A stretch of DNA of 64,000 nt from Eledone cirrhosa (taxonomy: Eukaryota). Each line of letters opens with the position of its first letter. The stretch's first letter is position 1. Made by a program: the position numbers and the translations under genes. Under the pieces are notes generated by a model. It saw nothing but the letters and a program-made list of their open reading frames with translations. It was not told the origin of the DNA and made no database searches. This document shows positions 27,141-40,340 of this stretch, piece by piece. The stretch is from contig OZ024743.1 in NCBI GenBank assembly GCA_964016885.1, positions 70,184,001 through 70,248,000 on the forward strand, in the 5' to 3' direction.

Positions 27141-30100
27141 TTACAAACACATACTCAGAGAAGGCCCATTCATTCGGGCCATACTTGCTTCTCTCACCCA
27201 TCTTTCAACAAAATGCTGGGAAGAGAGCACTTCCCTCTCTACCCTGATTTTCCTTTTCAAATGAAATTTGAAAAAGTTAATCAGGGCATCACCGAAGAGG
27301 TAAGTGCTCGTCTTCAGCCCTTTCAAACGTGTCCACCATACTATCTCTTTCGCCATGGCCACCAGACAGATAAAAACTGCCTGCTCTTCACGGCTAAATG
27401 AAGAGGGCGGGGCAATCCTCACGATGGACTCAGCTGATAGCTGGATCCGTCCTACACGTGACAGCAGGTGTTCGACATAAACCCACAAGTCAGCAATGCT
27501 CGGACACTGGACGAGTGCGTGCAGGACGGTTTCGTCGCCCTGTGCGCATCTCGGACATGCCCGGCTGACGGCACCTCCATGCCTGTAGAGTTTATCCCGA
27601 ACTGGCAAAGCTCCCCGGTAGCGCTGCCAGGCCAGGGATTTCTGGAAGTTGTCCATAGGCCCCGGCCCGAAAGTCCTTCCGAAGAGATTGGCTAGTTGAT
27701 TTTCGTCGACGCCTAGAGTTTCTCCAAGTACGTCGTCGCTCTTCCCCTCCACTAATCCTCTATAGAACGCCGAGGTGGAGTTTCCACCGATCAAATTTAC
27801 CGATTGGTCGAGGGCTGTGAGCGCCTGAAGATATTCCAGTCTCCAACCGCTCCCTCTCAGTCTTCGCTTGACCCAAGACTGCAACTCCGTCAAGGAGACG
27901 AGCTGGGGAAAGACGCCTCTAGCAAACGGCGACCACGCCTGATCACCGTCGAGGAAGAGGTGGAGATGTCGTAGCCTGAGCCCGTGTATGCGCATCATCA
28001 GCCACGGCATGCCCAGCACTCCACGTAGTGGGTTTTGACAGCAGCTGGACCGCCTGACCATCGGAACGCTTCCCTTCCACAAAAAGCGAAAGAGCAAACG
28101 CTCCAGCGCAGTCATGCGGGGCTTAGGACAAAGTACGACGGTCAGTCGGTAATAGATGACGGACGTGATTTACGCGTTAGCCACCTCCGCTCGACCTTTG
28201 AGGGAGAGCTTCCTCTCCGCCCATTTCTGGGTGAGAGAACCCACCCTGCTCTTCACCTCGTCCCAGTTCTTGTCCGCCTGGAGGTCCGGACCGAACCAGA
28301 CCCCTAGCAATTTAACCGGTCCGTCCGTCCAGCGCCCGACGACGCTGTTGGACGGCATGGACCTGCCTCTCCAGGTGCCGAGCTGCAGGCCCACTGACTT
28401 TTCCTGGTTGATCATTGCTCCTGTCACCGCTTCGTATTCTCTTAGTGTAGTGCCGATCGCCTCGATGTGTTTGGCATTAGACACCACTACGGTGACATCG
28501 TCCGCATATGCTGACACGGATCTTCCGCATCCTAGTTCGCGCGGGATTCCCCTCAACGTCTCCAGTTTGTGCAGTAATGGCTCGAGAGTCAATACGTACA
28601 AGAGGGACGAGAGGGGACATCTCTGGCGGACCGAGCGCATGATGTTGAACAGTTCCGAAAGGTGACCGTTCACTCTCACCACAGAGCTGATGTCGCTGTG
28701 CATGGCAGCGTTTCAGCCTCTGAGTTATGGGCCTGAAATTATCTGTTATACCCCTTTTTGGGATCCTTTCTCAGTAGCGCCACCGCTCCTCGGCTTACAG
28801 AGCTGGAAATTCTCCCGTTCTGTTGCCAGTTGCAGTAGACGTCCGCCAAGAGGCCTCCGAACAAGTCTGGCATCTGTACGTAAAGTTCATAGGGCAGACC
28901 ATCCAAACCAGGCGATTTACCCCTTGTGCAGCTAGTCTTTGCCTCCCGTACTTCAGCGGCTGTTATCGGCTTTTCGCAACACTCCGCCTCAGTGGCCAAG
29001 AGCCGCAGCAGTCCGTCGAGGTAGACACTAAAGTCCATCCCTCGATCTGGCCCGCCGCTGCTCCCGAACACCTGAGCGAAGTGTCGCTGAAAAGCTTCAC
29101 ATATTTGCCCGGGATCGAGTAGCCTGCGTGCGTCGTGGTCCACCAAAGACCGGATCTTGACTTTGTTGCCACGACGCTCCCCCGCCACTCGGGCCCATTG
29201 AACAGCTTTCGTCCCCTCGTGTATGAGAGCACGCAACCTAGCTCTGACAACGCAGTCTTCGTACTTTGCATTGAAGAATTGCTCAAGGGCTAATTTCGCC
29301 GCAAGTACGTCGGTCGCGATGCCTTTGCTAAGCGCCTCGTCTAATTTTCTAACTAGTTCTCCCTCTGCTCTATTTTTCTCTACTGCTAAAGCCTTACTAA
29401 ACCTAATAGACTCCATTCTAATCGCCCTTTTCAGAGCAAAATACCACTTGTTGTTGACGATGGCCCCCGTCAACGCCCGCTTAACTAGTTCGCTAATCCG
29501 GTCTCTGTAGGCCTTGCGCGCTGGTAAGGACACGTTTAGCTTCCAGTAGCCGAGTCCTTGTCTATGAAGCCTATCTAAGTCAACCACACAGATCATGAAT
29601 TTGTGGTCCGTGTAGCTGACTATCTTGAATTGTGGACAGCCTATGCTAGACCTATCTATTTCCCTACAAAATACTGTATCTAGGTATGATCTGGATGACC
29701 CGATACGGTTTGTCCAAATACACATTGGCACATTCGGAAAATCCTATCGGCATCTGTCAGACAGTTCAAAACGCCGGAGCAGGTTGGTGAGCTCTTGCAC
29801 CCTCCTCCCCTATCCGCTAATCCCACACAGTCCCAGCCTGCATCTAAGATCCCGTTCCAGTCGCCCACTAGCACTAAAAAGCGGGACGTTCCAAGAAAGG
29901 TCTCCAGACGCCGGAAGAAATCAGGCCGCCCTGCTCCTGTCGGGGCATAGACGGCCACTAGCCTGAAAGCTTGCCCGTCTCCGCTGGTCACGTCCAGCAC
30001 CACCAACTTACCTTCTGGGTCCAGGAAGATGTCCCGTATAGCGAGATCCAAACCTCACCGAAAAAGCACAGCAACTCCTCCCCCCGATCCAGGACGGCTG

Positions 30101-30282
30101 GGAGATGCGTACACATCGTAGCCGCCGAAGAACGGTGCGAAGGCTCGTGCTTCGGAGATTCTGGTCTCGCTGATGGCCACTACATCTATGTCTAGTGACC
30201 TGAGGTCGTTGAGCAGGTGGCCCTGCTTCCATGACGACCCCAAGCCACACGCATTTATGCTGCCTATTCTGAGTGAGGACAT
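27141..30282 (-). pseudogene. Tx1-B ORF2 (APE-RT), disrupted
   Basis: ORF pieces 30055-30282, 29680-30051, 28739-29731, 28170-28703, 27141-28115; the RT segment LNTEFKIL..KAFDR is missing at ~28722. Confidence 0.9.
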
Positions 30283-30321
30283 GTTGAAAAGGAGTGGAAA
30301 AGATGGGAAAGACCACTTACC

Positions 30322-32273
30322 TTACTTCTCATAGAGGAAGGATGGTTTCTGCATCCTTTTCACTGCTTGTGGCCTCCTCCGGAAGGATGTCCTTATAAAT
30401 CCTCCTGGAGGGTGCTTGTCAGAAGTCTCCGATGTCTATTGGGAATTTTTGTTTTAGTTCCGTGTACGTTTTCTGTGTGATGCGAGTTGTTTGTATGTGT
30501 GGAGGTGGTGTGAACTTTTGGGGTGTTGTGTAGTCTTTTTCTGTGTTGCTGGTGTTGTGTTGGATGTAGTGTAATAATTGATTGTTGTTCAAATTTAATG
30601 CTGAGTAGTGTGTATCGTTTTGGTTGTTTTGTTTTGTTTGCGTTTGTTGTGGGTTTGTTTCTGTTTCGCTTTTTGGTGACTTTGTGGTGTTGGTGATGGT
30701 GGTGTTGGGGTTAATGATGGTGATGGTGTTGGTGTTTGTGGTGATGGGGTTGGTGATGCTGGTGTGGATAGTGGCGTAGCTGTCTTAACTTTTTTTGTTT
30801 GATAGTTTATTTGTTTCCCCCTGTATTTTGTTTGTGGAGGGGGAAGAAAGTGTATAAATTTCTTTTTAGGCTTCTTTTTCTTTTTTTCTTTTTTCCTGAT
30901 ACAGTTTCCCACTCCTCGTCGTCACAATCTGTCTCCAGTTGCGATAGGTCGGGGAGTGGAAAATCCTCCACAGCCGTTGGTTTTGGTTGTGGCGTGGTGG
31001 ATGGTATAGGCGCTGGTGCTAGTTCTCGCGCGGTGGGTGGTGGTAGTGTTGGTTTTGCTACTGTTGCTGGGTTTGTTGCTGCTACAGTTGTTGCTGCCAT
31101 TTCTGCTGCTGGTGGTTTTGATGGTTGAGTCACTGGGGTGAGTAAGAGAGGTGGTCTCAACTCTTTAGCCTGCGGGCAGAAAGCCTTTTGGTGGGTTCCT
31201 TCACCACAAACGACACACCTAGGCCTTCTTCCTTCGACGATTACGGCGAGGTGGCTACCGACAGTGAGGTCTATTACCTCTGGGATTTCCTCAATGCTCT
31301 TTTGGTCCGCTTGGATCAGGAGCTCCATCCCAGATCCGAACCAGTTCTCCTGTTTTTGTTTTGATAGTTCAAATATTTTGGTGTTGGCCTCGATGCCGGC
31401 GAGGACGGCAGCCATTAGCTAGGAAATTTCGATGGCCGGTGGAACGTGGGTCACCCTGATCTTCACGAGTCTCTGGCCACAATAGCTTGGGACGAGTGTG
31501 AATTCGTCGCTTCTTAATGGGGCCATGGAGTGCTCTCTGGCCTCCTGTGGTGTTCCAAAGAACACGTCCACGGTTCCATATTTCTGCCCACGTCTGATGT
31601 GGGTTTTTATCGCCCACACATGTCCCAAAGCTTTTTGGGACTCGGATGCCCGTTCCACTCGGTGCGATTTTGTGTTAATCGTCCGATAGACATGGTGCAT
31701 AGGCGCCAATGCCCCATTTTATTAGGTGTATGTGTGTGTGTGGGGGGGGGGGGGGTTGACCCTGTACCCATTTTTCTTTACCATTCTCTTGGATTCATTT
31801 AATTCCTCCTGAGTTACCTCGATTGTTTCGCATTTCTTGGCTGCTTTGGCAAACGACACATTTGCGGTGGTGTTGATGCTTTTGTTGTTATTTTCATTGT
31901 TGTTGTTGCTGTTGTTGTTATTGTAATTTATGTTATTGTTATTTTTAGTTTCAGTTGTGGTGGTGGTGGCGTCAGTGGTGTTCGGTGTGGAAGAGTCGAT
32001 TCTTGGTGAATCCATTTCGATGTCACGAGATAACAATTTACTTTTTCCTTTTGTTTCTGTTGTCGCTGTGGTGGTGGTGGGGGTGGCGGCTTTCACACCT
32101 GCAGTTTTTGGTAATGGCGGGAAATGAATGTCTGCATGAGACAAATTTAAATTATTGCTACGGCTTATATTTTTAGTGCTGGCAAACGTAGTAATATTTA
32201 CAATTGTGGTGTTGGTGTGAGGTGTTAGTTTGTGAGGAAGGCTGTCAGCTTGGTGTAGCTGTGAGTCGTCCAT
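30322..32273 (-). pseudogene. Tx1-B ORF1 (CCHC knuckle), frameshifted
   Basis: ORF pieces 31722-32273 (VSFAKAA), 31419-31709, 30807-31415; homologous to the family A ORF1. Confidence 0.8.
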
Positions 32274-32505
32274 GATTTTTTCAAAGAAATTTTTTGTTTG
32301 ATAATTATAAAAGTTTAAATTTTGGGCTCAAGGCCCCAATCTTTTTGAGTGTCCTTTTCCGAAAGCAATATATGTGACCTTATAAACACTTAACAACAAA
32401 AATTTTCCATAAATGGCAATTTGAAACAAATGAAAATAACAAATCTTTGCGGAGCTCACGATAATACGATTTCCTACGTAGGTCACCAATAATAATAATA
32501 ATAAT

Positions 32506-35299
32506 GATTTCTTTATTGGCCACAAGGGCTGACATCAAGAAAAGCATTACAGACGGCACAGGACGGTACGATGTGGGTTTTGTTCGTGTAAAGATTTTTA
32601 TTATTTATATAAGAAAAGAAAAAGAGAAAGACATTGAAACATATATATATATATAAACAATAAAAATTAAAATTAAAACAATGAAAAATTCCTAATAGGG
32701 GGGAAAACTCCGATGGTTACTCGTGGCGAAAACCACACAAAAGACCACGGCCACCCTGACCACCAGGGCAAGCGCCCTCTCTCAATTTTTCCATTTCTCA
32801 AACTACAGGCGTATATTCAGAGCGATTCCGTTCACTTGGACCATTCTCGCTGTATTCACCCACCTTTCAACAAAGTTGCTAGAAGTCAGTTCTTGCCTCT
32901 CCACCCTGATTTTCCTCTTCAAGTGAAACTTGAAAAAGTTAATTAGGGATTCGCCGAAGTGGAAGGTATCTGTCTTTAACCCTTTCAACCTTGTCCACCA
33001 CACAATCTCTTTCGCCATGGCCACCAGTTGAAAACCGCCTGACCTTCCTCCTCGAAGGAAGACGGCGAGATCATCTGCACAATGGACTCAGTCGATAACC
33101 GGATCAGTCCTACACGCGACAGCAACTGTTTGACATAGCTCCACAAGTCAGCAATGCTCGGACACTGAACGAGTGCGTGCACGACGGTTTTGTCGCTCTG
33201 CGCGCATCTCGGACAGGCTCGGCTGACGGCACTTCCGTGCCTGTAGAGCTTATCTCGAACCGGCAACGCTCCCCGGTAGCACTGCCAGGCCAGGGATTTT
33301 GGAAGTTATCCATAGGCCCTGGACGGAAAGTTCTCCGGAAGAGAGAAAACAACTGATCTTCTTCGACGCCCAGGATCTCTCCGAGAACGTCGTCGCTCTT
33401 CCCCTCCACTAGTCCTCTATAGAACGCCGAGATGGATGTTCCACCGATACTGGTGCCCAGCTGGCAGAGGGCAGTGAGCGCCTGGAGACATTCCCGTTTC
33501 CAAGCGCTATCCCTCGGTCTTTTTCTGACCCAGGACTGCAGCTCCGTCAAGGAGAAGAGCTGTGGGAAAACGTGCCTGGTGAACGGTGACCACACCGGTT
33601 CACCGTCAAGGAAGCACCAGAGATGTCGCAGCCTCAGCGCATTTTTGCGCATCATCAGCCATGGCACGCCCAGTCCTCCACGCAACGGGTGTTGACAGCA
33701 GATGGATCGTCTGACCATGGGAGCGCGTCATTTCCACAAAAAGCGGAAGAGGAGGCGCTCCATTTTGTTGAGAGTTGGGCCGGGGTAAGGGACGACAGTG
33801 AGGCGGTTGCAGATGACGGTTCCGATGTACGCATTCGCTACCTCCGCCCGGCCTTTCAGGGACAGCTTCCTCTCGGCGCATTTCTCGGTGACGGAAGCCA
33901 CTTTGCTCGTCACCTCATTCCAGTTTTTCTCCATCTGGAGGTCCGGTCCGAACCAGACCCCGAGCAATTTAACCGGTCCGTCCGTCCAACGCCGCACGAC
34001 GCTGTCGGACGGCATGGACTTGCCTCTCCAGGTCCCGAGCTGCAGGCCCACCGACTTTTCCTGGTTTATCTTTGCTCCTGTCACCGCTTCGTATTCCTTG
34101 AGAGCGGTGCCGAGCATCTCGACGTGTCTGTCTGCTACTCGACACCACCATGGTGACGTCGTCGGCGAAATCCGACTCGGATTTCCCGCATCCTAGTTCG
34201 CGTGGGACGCCCCTCATCGCCCCCAGTTTGTGCAGTAACGACTCAAGAGACAATACGTACAAGAGGGACGAGAGGGGACAACCCTGTCGGACCGAGCGCA
34301 TGATGCTGAACTGCTGCGACAGGTGACCGTTTACCCTCACATATGAGCAGATGTCGCCGTACATCGCAGCGATCCAATCCCTGAAAACGGGCCCAAAACC
34401 GGTTGCCTTGAGGTCCGTCGCCAGGTACCGATGTTCGACCCTACCGAATTCTTGGGGTTGATCCATGTTGGTCAGGGCCCTATCCGTGCCAGGTTCCTTA
34501 ACCACCCTCTCTACAATGTATCGCATGAGTTAGAGGTTGTCGTGTATGGATCTGTCCGGAATGGCGCATCTCTGCGCCTCTCCCACCAGACCCCGACGTC
34601 AGGCGCCAACCTCGTTGCTAACACCTTGGCCTGAAATTATCGATAACATCCCACTTGTTCGGGTCTTTTCTCAGCAGCGCCACCGCTCCCCGGCTCAAAA
34701 AACTGGGAATGCTCCCGTTCTGCTGCCAGTCGCAGTAGACGTCTGCCAAGAGGTCACCGAACAAGTCTGGCATAAATGCATAAAGCTCCTAGGGCAGACC
34801 ATCCAAACATGGCGATTTACAGCTCGTACAGTTAGCCATCGCTCCCCGTATTTCACCGGCTGTTATTGGCTTTTCGCAACACTGTGCTGCAGTCGTTGAG
34901 AGCCAAGGCAGTCCGTCGAGGTATACACTGAAGACCATACCCCGATCCGGCCCGCCGCTGCTCCCGGAGAGTTCAGCAAAGTGTTGCTGAAAAGCCTTAC
35001 ACATCTGCTCGGGTTCGAGCAACACGCGCCCGTTTTGGTCAGATAAAGACCGAATTGTGGCTTTGTTGCCACGTCGCGCCTCTGCCACCCGGGCCCATTG
35101 GACGGCTTTTGTCCCCTCGTGTTTCAGAGCACGCGCTCTAGCTCCGACAACGCAGTCTTCATGTTTTGCGTTGAGGAATTGGCCGAGTGCCAATCTCGCC
35201 GCAAGCACGTCAGTTGCGATGCCTGTCCTAAACGCCTCTTGACTAGCTCTCCTTCTATTCTATTTTCCTCTATCACTAGTCCTTTTCTAAACCTAATCG
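32506..35299 (-). mobile_element. Tx1-type LINE, subfamily C, 5'-truncated, head-to-tail with B
   Basis: RT and C-terminal pieces homologous to B (SVRQGCPLSSLLY, FADDV); distinct 3' UTR; (AAT)n at both ends. Confidence 0.92.
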
Positions 35300-35511
35300 A
35301 ATAATAATAATGAGAAGAAGAAGAAGAAGAAGAAGAAGAAGAAGAAGAAGAAGAAGAAGAAGAAGAAGAAGAAGAAGAAGAAGAAGAAGAAGAAGAAGAA
35401 ATGCTTTGACAATTCTATAAATATATAATATGATACAACGTAATATAATATAATATAATATAATATAATATAATATAATATAATATAATATGGTATTATT
35501 ACTATATAATA

Positions 35512-35705
35512 GGGCGGCGGATTGGCAGTATCGGTAGAGGGTCGGACAACATGCTTTCCAGCATAGTTACGTCCCTTTATGATCTGAGTTCAAATCCCGC
35601 CGAGGTTAACTTTGCCTTTCATCCTTACGGGGTCGATAAAATAAAGTACCAGTAATGCACTGGGATAATTGCTGGCCTTGTGCCTAAAGTAGAAACAATT
35701 ATTAC
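35512..35705 (+). mobile_element. Full-length, well-preserved SINE (short subtype, ~190 bp)
   Basis: GGGCGGCGGATTGGCAGTATCGG (A box) ... GAGTTCAAATCC (B box) ... Meta-like core ... GGCCTTGTGCCTAAAGTAGAAACAATTATT. Confidence 0.93.
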
Positions 35706-36039
35706 TATATAATTGTAAAAATATGAAAAGCTAAAATAACAAAAAATGATAGGTTGTTATATCAAGAGAGAAACTATGATATAATCACATGACCTAGAAG
35801 AAGGAACAGCTAATACTCCCTCAATCGTACCATGACATCTTTAGAAGGTAGTAACAATTGCTAATGTAGACTTAGATGTATTATAACTGGCAAAATTGTT
35901 GGAGGGTCATGGTTGGAATATATTTGATTTAAGGAACGATTTCAATGTTTTGAAGACTTTTATCTTATACACATCATAAGTGATATTGTGTGTGGATGGT
36001 GGCGGCGGGTGGGTGGGGGTGAAAGGTACTTAAATGTAA

Positions 36040-36234
36040 TCGTCGTAATCATCATCAGCAGCAGCACCACCATCCTAATCATCATCATCATCATCATCAT
36101 TTTCAACATTATCATCATCATCATCATCATTTTCAACATTATCAGCATCATCAGCATCCCAACCCTAATCATCATTATCATCATCATCATCATCATGATC
36201 TTCAACATTATCAACATCCCAACCACCACCATCC

Positions 36235-36275
<41 letters not shown>

Positions 36276-37061
36276 TTCAACATTATCAACATCCCAACCA
36301 CCACCACCATCATCCCAACCATCATCATCATCATTACCAGAATCATCACAATCATCATCATCATATTTAACATCATCATCATTACCAGCAGCAGTAGCAT
36401 TATTATTATCATCATCACTATCCTCATCTTCAAGGTAAGCATCATCCTTATCATCAGCATCATCTTTGACATCATCATCTTCATCATCATTATCATAACC
36501 ACTAAAATCACTATCACCATCAGCAGCAGCATCTAGTGCTACAATGACAGCAAAAACATCGAAGACGGCAACGGTAGAAGAAGAAGAAGAAGAAGAAGAA
36601 GAAGAAGAAGAAGAAGAAGAAGAAGAAGAAGAAGAAGAAGAAGAAGAAGAAGAAGAAGAAGAAGAAGAAGAAGAAGAAGAAGAAGAAGAAGAAGAAGAAG
36701 AAGATGATGATGAAGAAGAAGAAGAAGAAGAAGAAGAAGAAGAAGAAGAAGAAGAAGAAGAAGAAGAAGAAGAAGAAGAAGAAGAAGAAGAAGAAGAAGA
36801 AGAAGAAGAAGACATTAGTTAAATCAAAAACAAAACTACAACAAAACTCCCCCATCCTCCCACCCCTCCCAAGTCAAGAAAATTAATAAAAAATAAAAAA
36901 TAAAAGAGAGACTGATAAAAGCAAAATCGATTATTGATTGGTTTCTCTGTGTCTGAATAATCGATACTGTAAAAATACAAAGATTTTGTTGTATTGACCA
37001 ATCAACACACACAGATCATTGTGTTACAGGCGTTTAAATAACACAAACACACACACACACA

Positions 37062-37156
<95 letters not shown>

Positions 37157-37358
37157 TCGTACTTAGATCCACCATCACATATAAACATATATATTCACAT
37201 ATGTACAGTTACACAGCCAAAGAGGATACACACGCTGATATATACACACGTATAGACATGATATTTATGTGTGTGTATGTATATATATATATATATATAT
37301 ATATACAGTATATATATATATACTGTATATATATATATATAATATATACATATATACA

Positions 37359-37410
<52 letters not shown>

Positions 37411-37414
37411 TGTA

Positions 37415-37491
<77 letters not shown>

Positions 37492-39085
37492 GTTCACATA
37501 CGCACCTTCGTAATATATACAAATATATACGTTTAGATATATGTATGTTTTGGATTTACGTATATATATCTGTGTCTGTGCGTATATGGTTGTGTATGTG
37601 TGAATGTGTGTGTGTGTGCACTCTCACACCACAACCACTACCAACACCACCACAACCACCACCACCACCATCAACGACATACCACAACCCCACCACCACC
37701 TCCATCACCACCATCAACGACATACCACCACCACCACCACCACCACCACCACCGCCACCACCAGCATTACCAGCACCACCACCAATACAACTACCACCAC
37801 CAGCACTACCACTACCACTGCCACCACGACCACCCCCCACCCCGCCCCCACCACAAACAACACCCCCACCAGCACTACAACCACCACCATCACCATCCAC
37901 ACCAATCACCACCACCACCACCACCACAAACAACACCCTCACCACCAAACCACCACCACGACGACCACCACAAACAACACCCTCACCACCACCACCACTA
38001 CAACCACCACCACAACCATCCCCACCACCACCACCACTACAAGCACCCGAATCACCACCACTACAACCACCACGACCACCACGACCACCACAAACACCAC
38101 CACCACCACTACCACTACCACTACCACAACCACCACCACCACCACCACCACAAACAACACGCTCGACACCACCACCACCACTACAACCACCACCACAACC
38201 ATCCCCACCACCACCACCACTACAAGCACCCCAACCACCACGACCACCACCACGACCACCACAAACACCACCACTACCACTACCACTACAACCACCACCA
38301 CCACCACCACCACAAACACCACCACTACCACTACCACTACCACCACCACAACCATCACCACCACCACCACCACCACCACCACCACAAACACCACCACTAC
38401 CACTACCACTACCACTACCACCACCACAACCATCACCAGCACCACCACCACCACCACCCACACGAATCACCATTCTATATATTACAGACGCGTGTTTTTC
38501 AATTGACTCGAATAACCAGACATATAATAGGAAATAATAGAAAAAGATATGAAATTATAGTGAAATCATAATAAAATGATAATAAAATTACTGCAAATCA
38601 AAAATATAATGATACATCACAAAAACATAATTAAAAAACCGTCACAACAACACAATAAGCAAAGAGGTGATATCAATAATAATGATAATAACAATAGTAA
38701 TAATAACAACAATGATAACGATAATAATAATAATGACAATAATGATATTAATAATAACAATAATGATAACAATAATAATAATAATGTCAATAATGATATT
38801 AATAATTACAACAATGATAATAATTATGATGATGGTGATGATGATGATGGTGATGATGATGATGGTGGTGGTGGTGGTGGTAAGAAGAAGAAAAGCAACA
38901 ATAACAGACAACAAAAATTAAAAAATGAAGCAAAACACATAATAAAAACATAACAAATAATAACAAAAATAAGAAAAAGGAGATAAAAAGAAAGAAAAGA
39001 AGAGGAGGAGGGAGGGATGATAAGAAGATGGAGGGGAGAGGATGAGAAGAAGATGGATGAGGATGAGCAGGAAGAAGAAGAAGAG

Positions 39086-39116
<31 letters not shown>

Positions 39117-40340
39117 AAGAAGAAGAAGAAGAAGAAGAAGAAGAAGAAGAAGAAGAAGAAGAAGAAGAAGAAGAAGAAGAAGAAGAAGAAGAAGAAGAAG
39201 AAGAAGAAGAAGAAGAAGAAGAAGAAGAAGAAGAAGAAGAAGAAGAAGAAGAAGAAGAAGAAAGGGAGGAGGAGGAGAAAAACAATATAAAAAATAGCAC
39301 AAAAAACAGCCCCAAAAAGCAATAAGTAAATAAATAATGATAATGCTATTTAAAAATAACAACATTATAAAAAGACCACAAAAACGCGAAAAAGCAATAA
39401 AAGTAGCCATTTTGAAAGAAGAAGAGAACCGATAGATTTCGCTATTTTTAAATGACCCTAAAAATAATTGATGGTGGTTTTGAAATTAGTAAATTGATAA
39501 AGCATGGCTGATTCTATGAATGGTATATGAGGAATAATGGCACTTTAAATAGCACCGACAACACCACCGCCACCGCCATCTCCTAGATCACAACAACAAT
39601 AACAACACTAACAACATCATTGGTATTATAATACCTACCGCCCCACTACCGTTATCACTACTACCAACAACAACAACAACAACAACAACAGTAACAAACC
39701 TTTATCATCATAGTACTCGCCACCACCAACAACACCACCGCCACCACCAACACCAACACTACCGCCACCACCAACACCAACACTACCGCCACCACCCACA
39801 CTTACACCGCCAACACAAACACCAACACTACTGCCACCACCAACAGCAACACCACTACCAGCAACAACACCACCGCCACCACCAACACCAACACAACCGC
39901 CACCACCAACACTACCGCCACCACCAACACTACCGCACACCACAAACACCAACACTACTGCCACCACCAACAGCAATACCAACACCACTACCAGCAACAA
40001 CACCACCGCCACCACCAACACCAACACTACCGCCACCACCAACACTATTGCCACCACCAACACTAACACTACCGCCACCACCAACACCAACGCTACCGCC
40101 ACCACCAACACCAACACTACCGCCACCACCAACACTACCGCCACCACCAACACCAACACTACCGCCACCACCACTACTGCCACCACCAACACCAACACTA
40201 CAACCACCACCAACACCACGGCCACCGCCAGCACCACCACCAACACCAACACCAACGCTATTGCCACCACCACTACCGCCACCACCACCACTACCACCAA
40301 CACTACCACCACCCCCAACACCAACACTACCGCCACCACC
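36040..40340. repeat. Low-complexity block: (CAT)n, (GAA)n, (CA)n, (TA)n, (CAC/CCA)n, (AAT)n, with short unique gaps
   Basis: Read directly; source of the poly-I/E/P/T/H ORFs. Confidence 0.92.

Larger units (their letters stand above)
26898..32487 (-). mobile_element. Tx1-type LINE, family B, apparently full length (~5.6 kb) with an internal RT deletion, inside (AAT)n
   Basis: ORF1 VEGRRPRCVVCGEGTHQKAFCP. ORF2 MSSLRIGSINACGL, GDWNGILD, KSPGLDGLPYE, AYADDV, CPRC..DETVLHALVQC. AATAAA immediately before (ATT)n. Confidence 0.93.

Noticed and set aside
35512-35600. tRNA gene
   Set aside because: A and B boxes are present, but the sequence is the head of a ~29-copy SINE and shows no convincing cloverleaf.
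37269-38571. Proline-, histidine- and glycine-rich ORFs resembling structural proteins
   Set aside because: All frames are open because of (CAC)n composition; no signal peptide or splice evidence.
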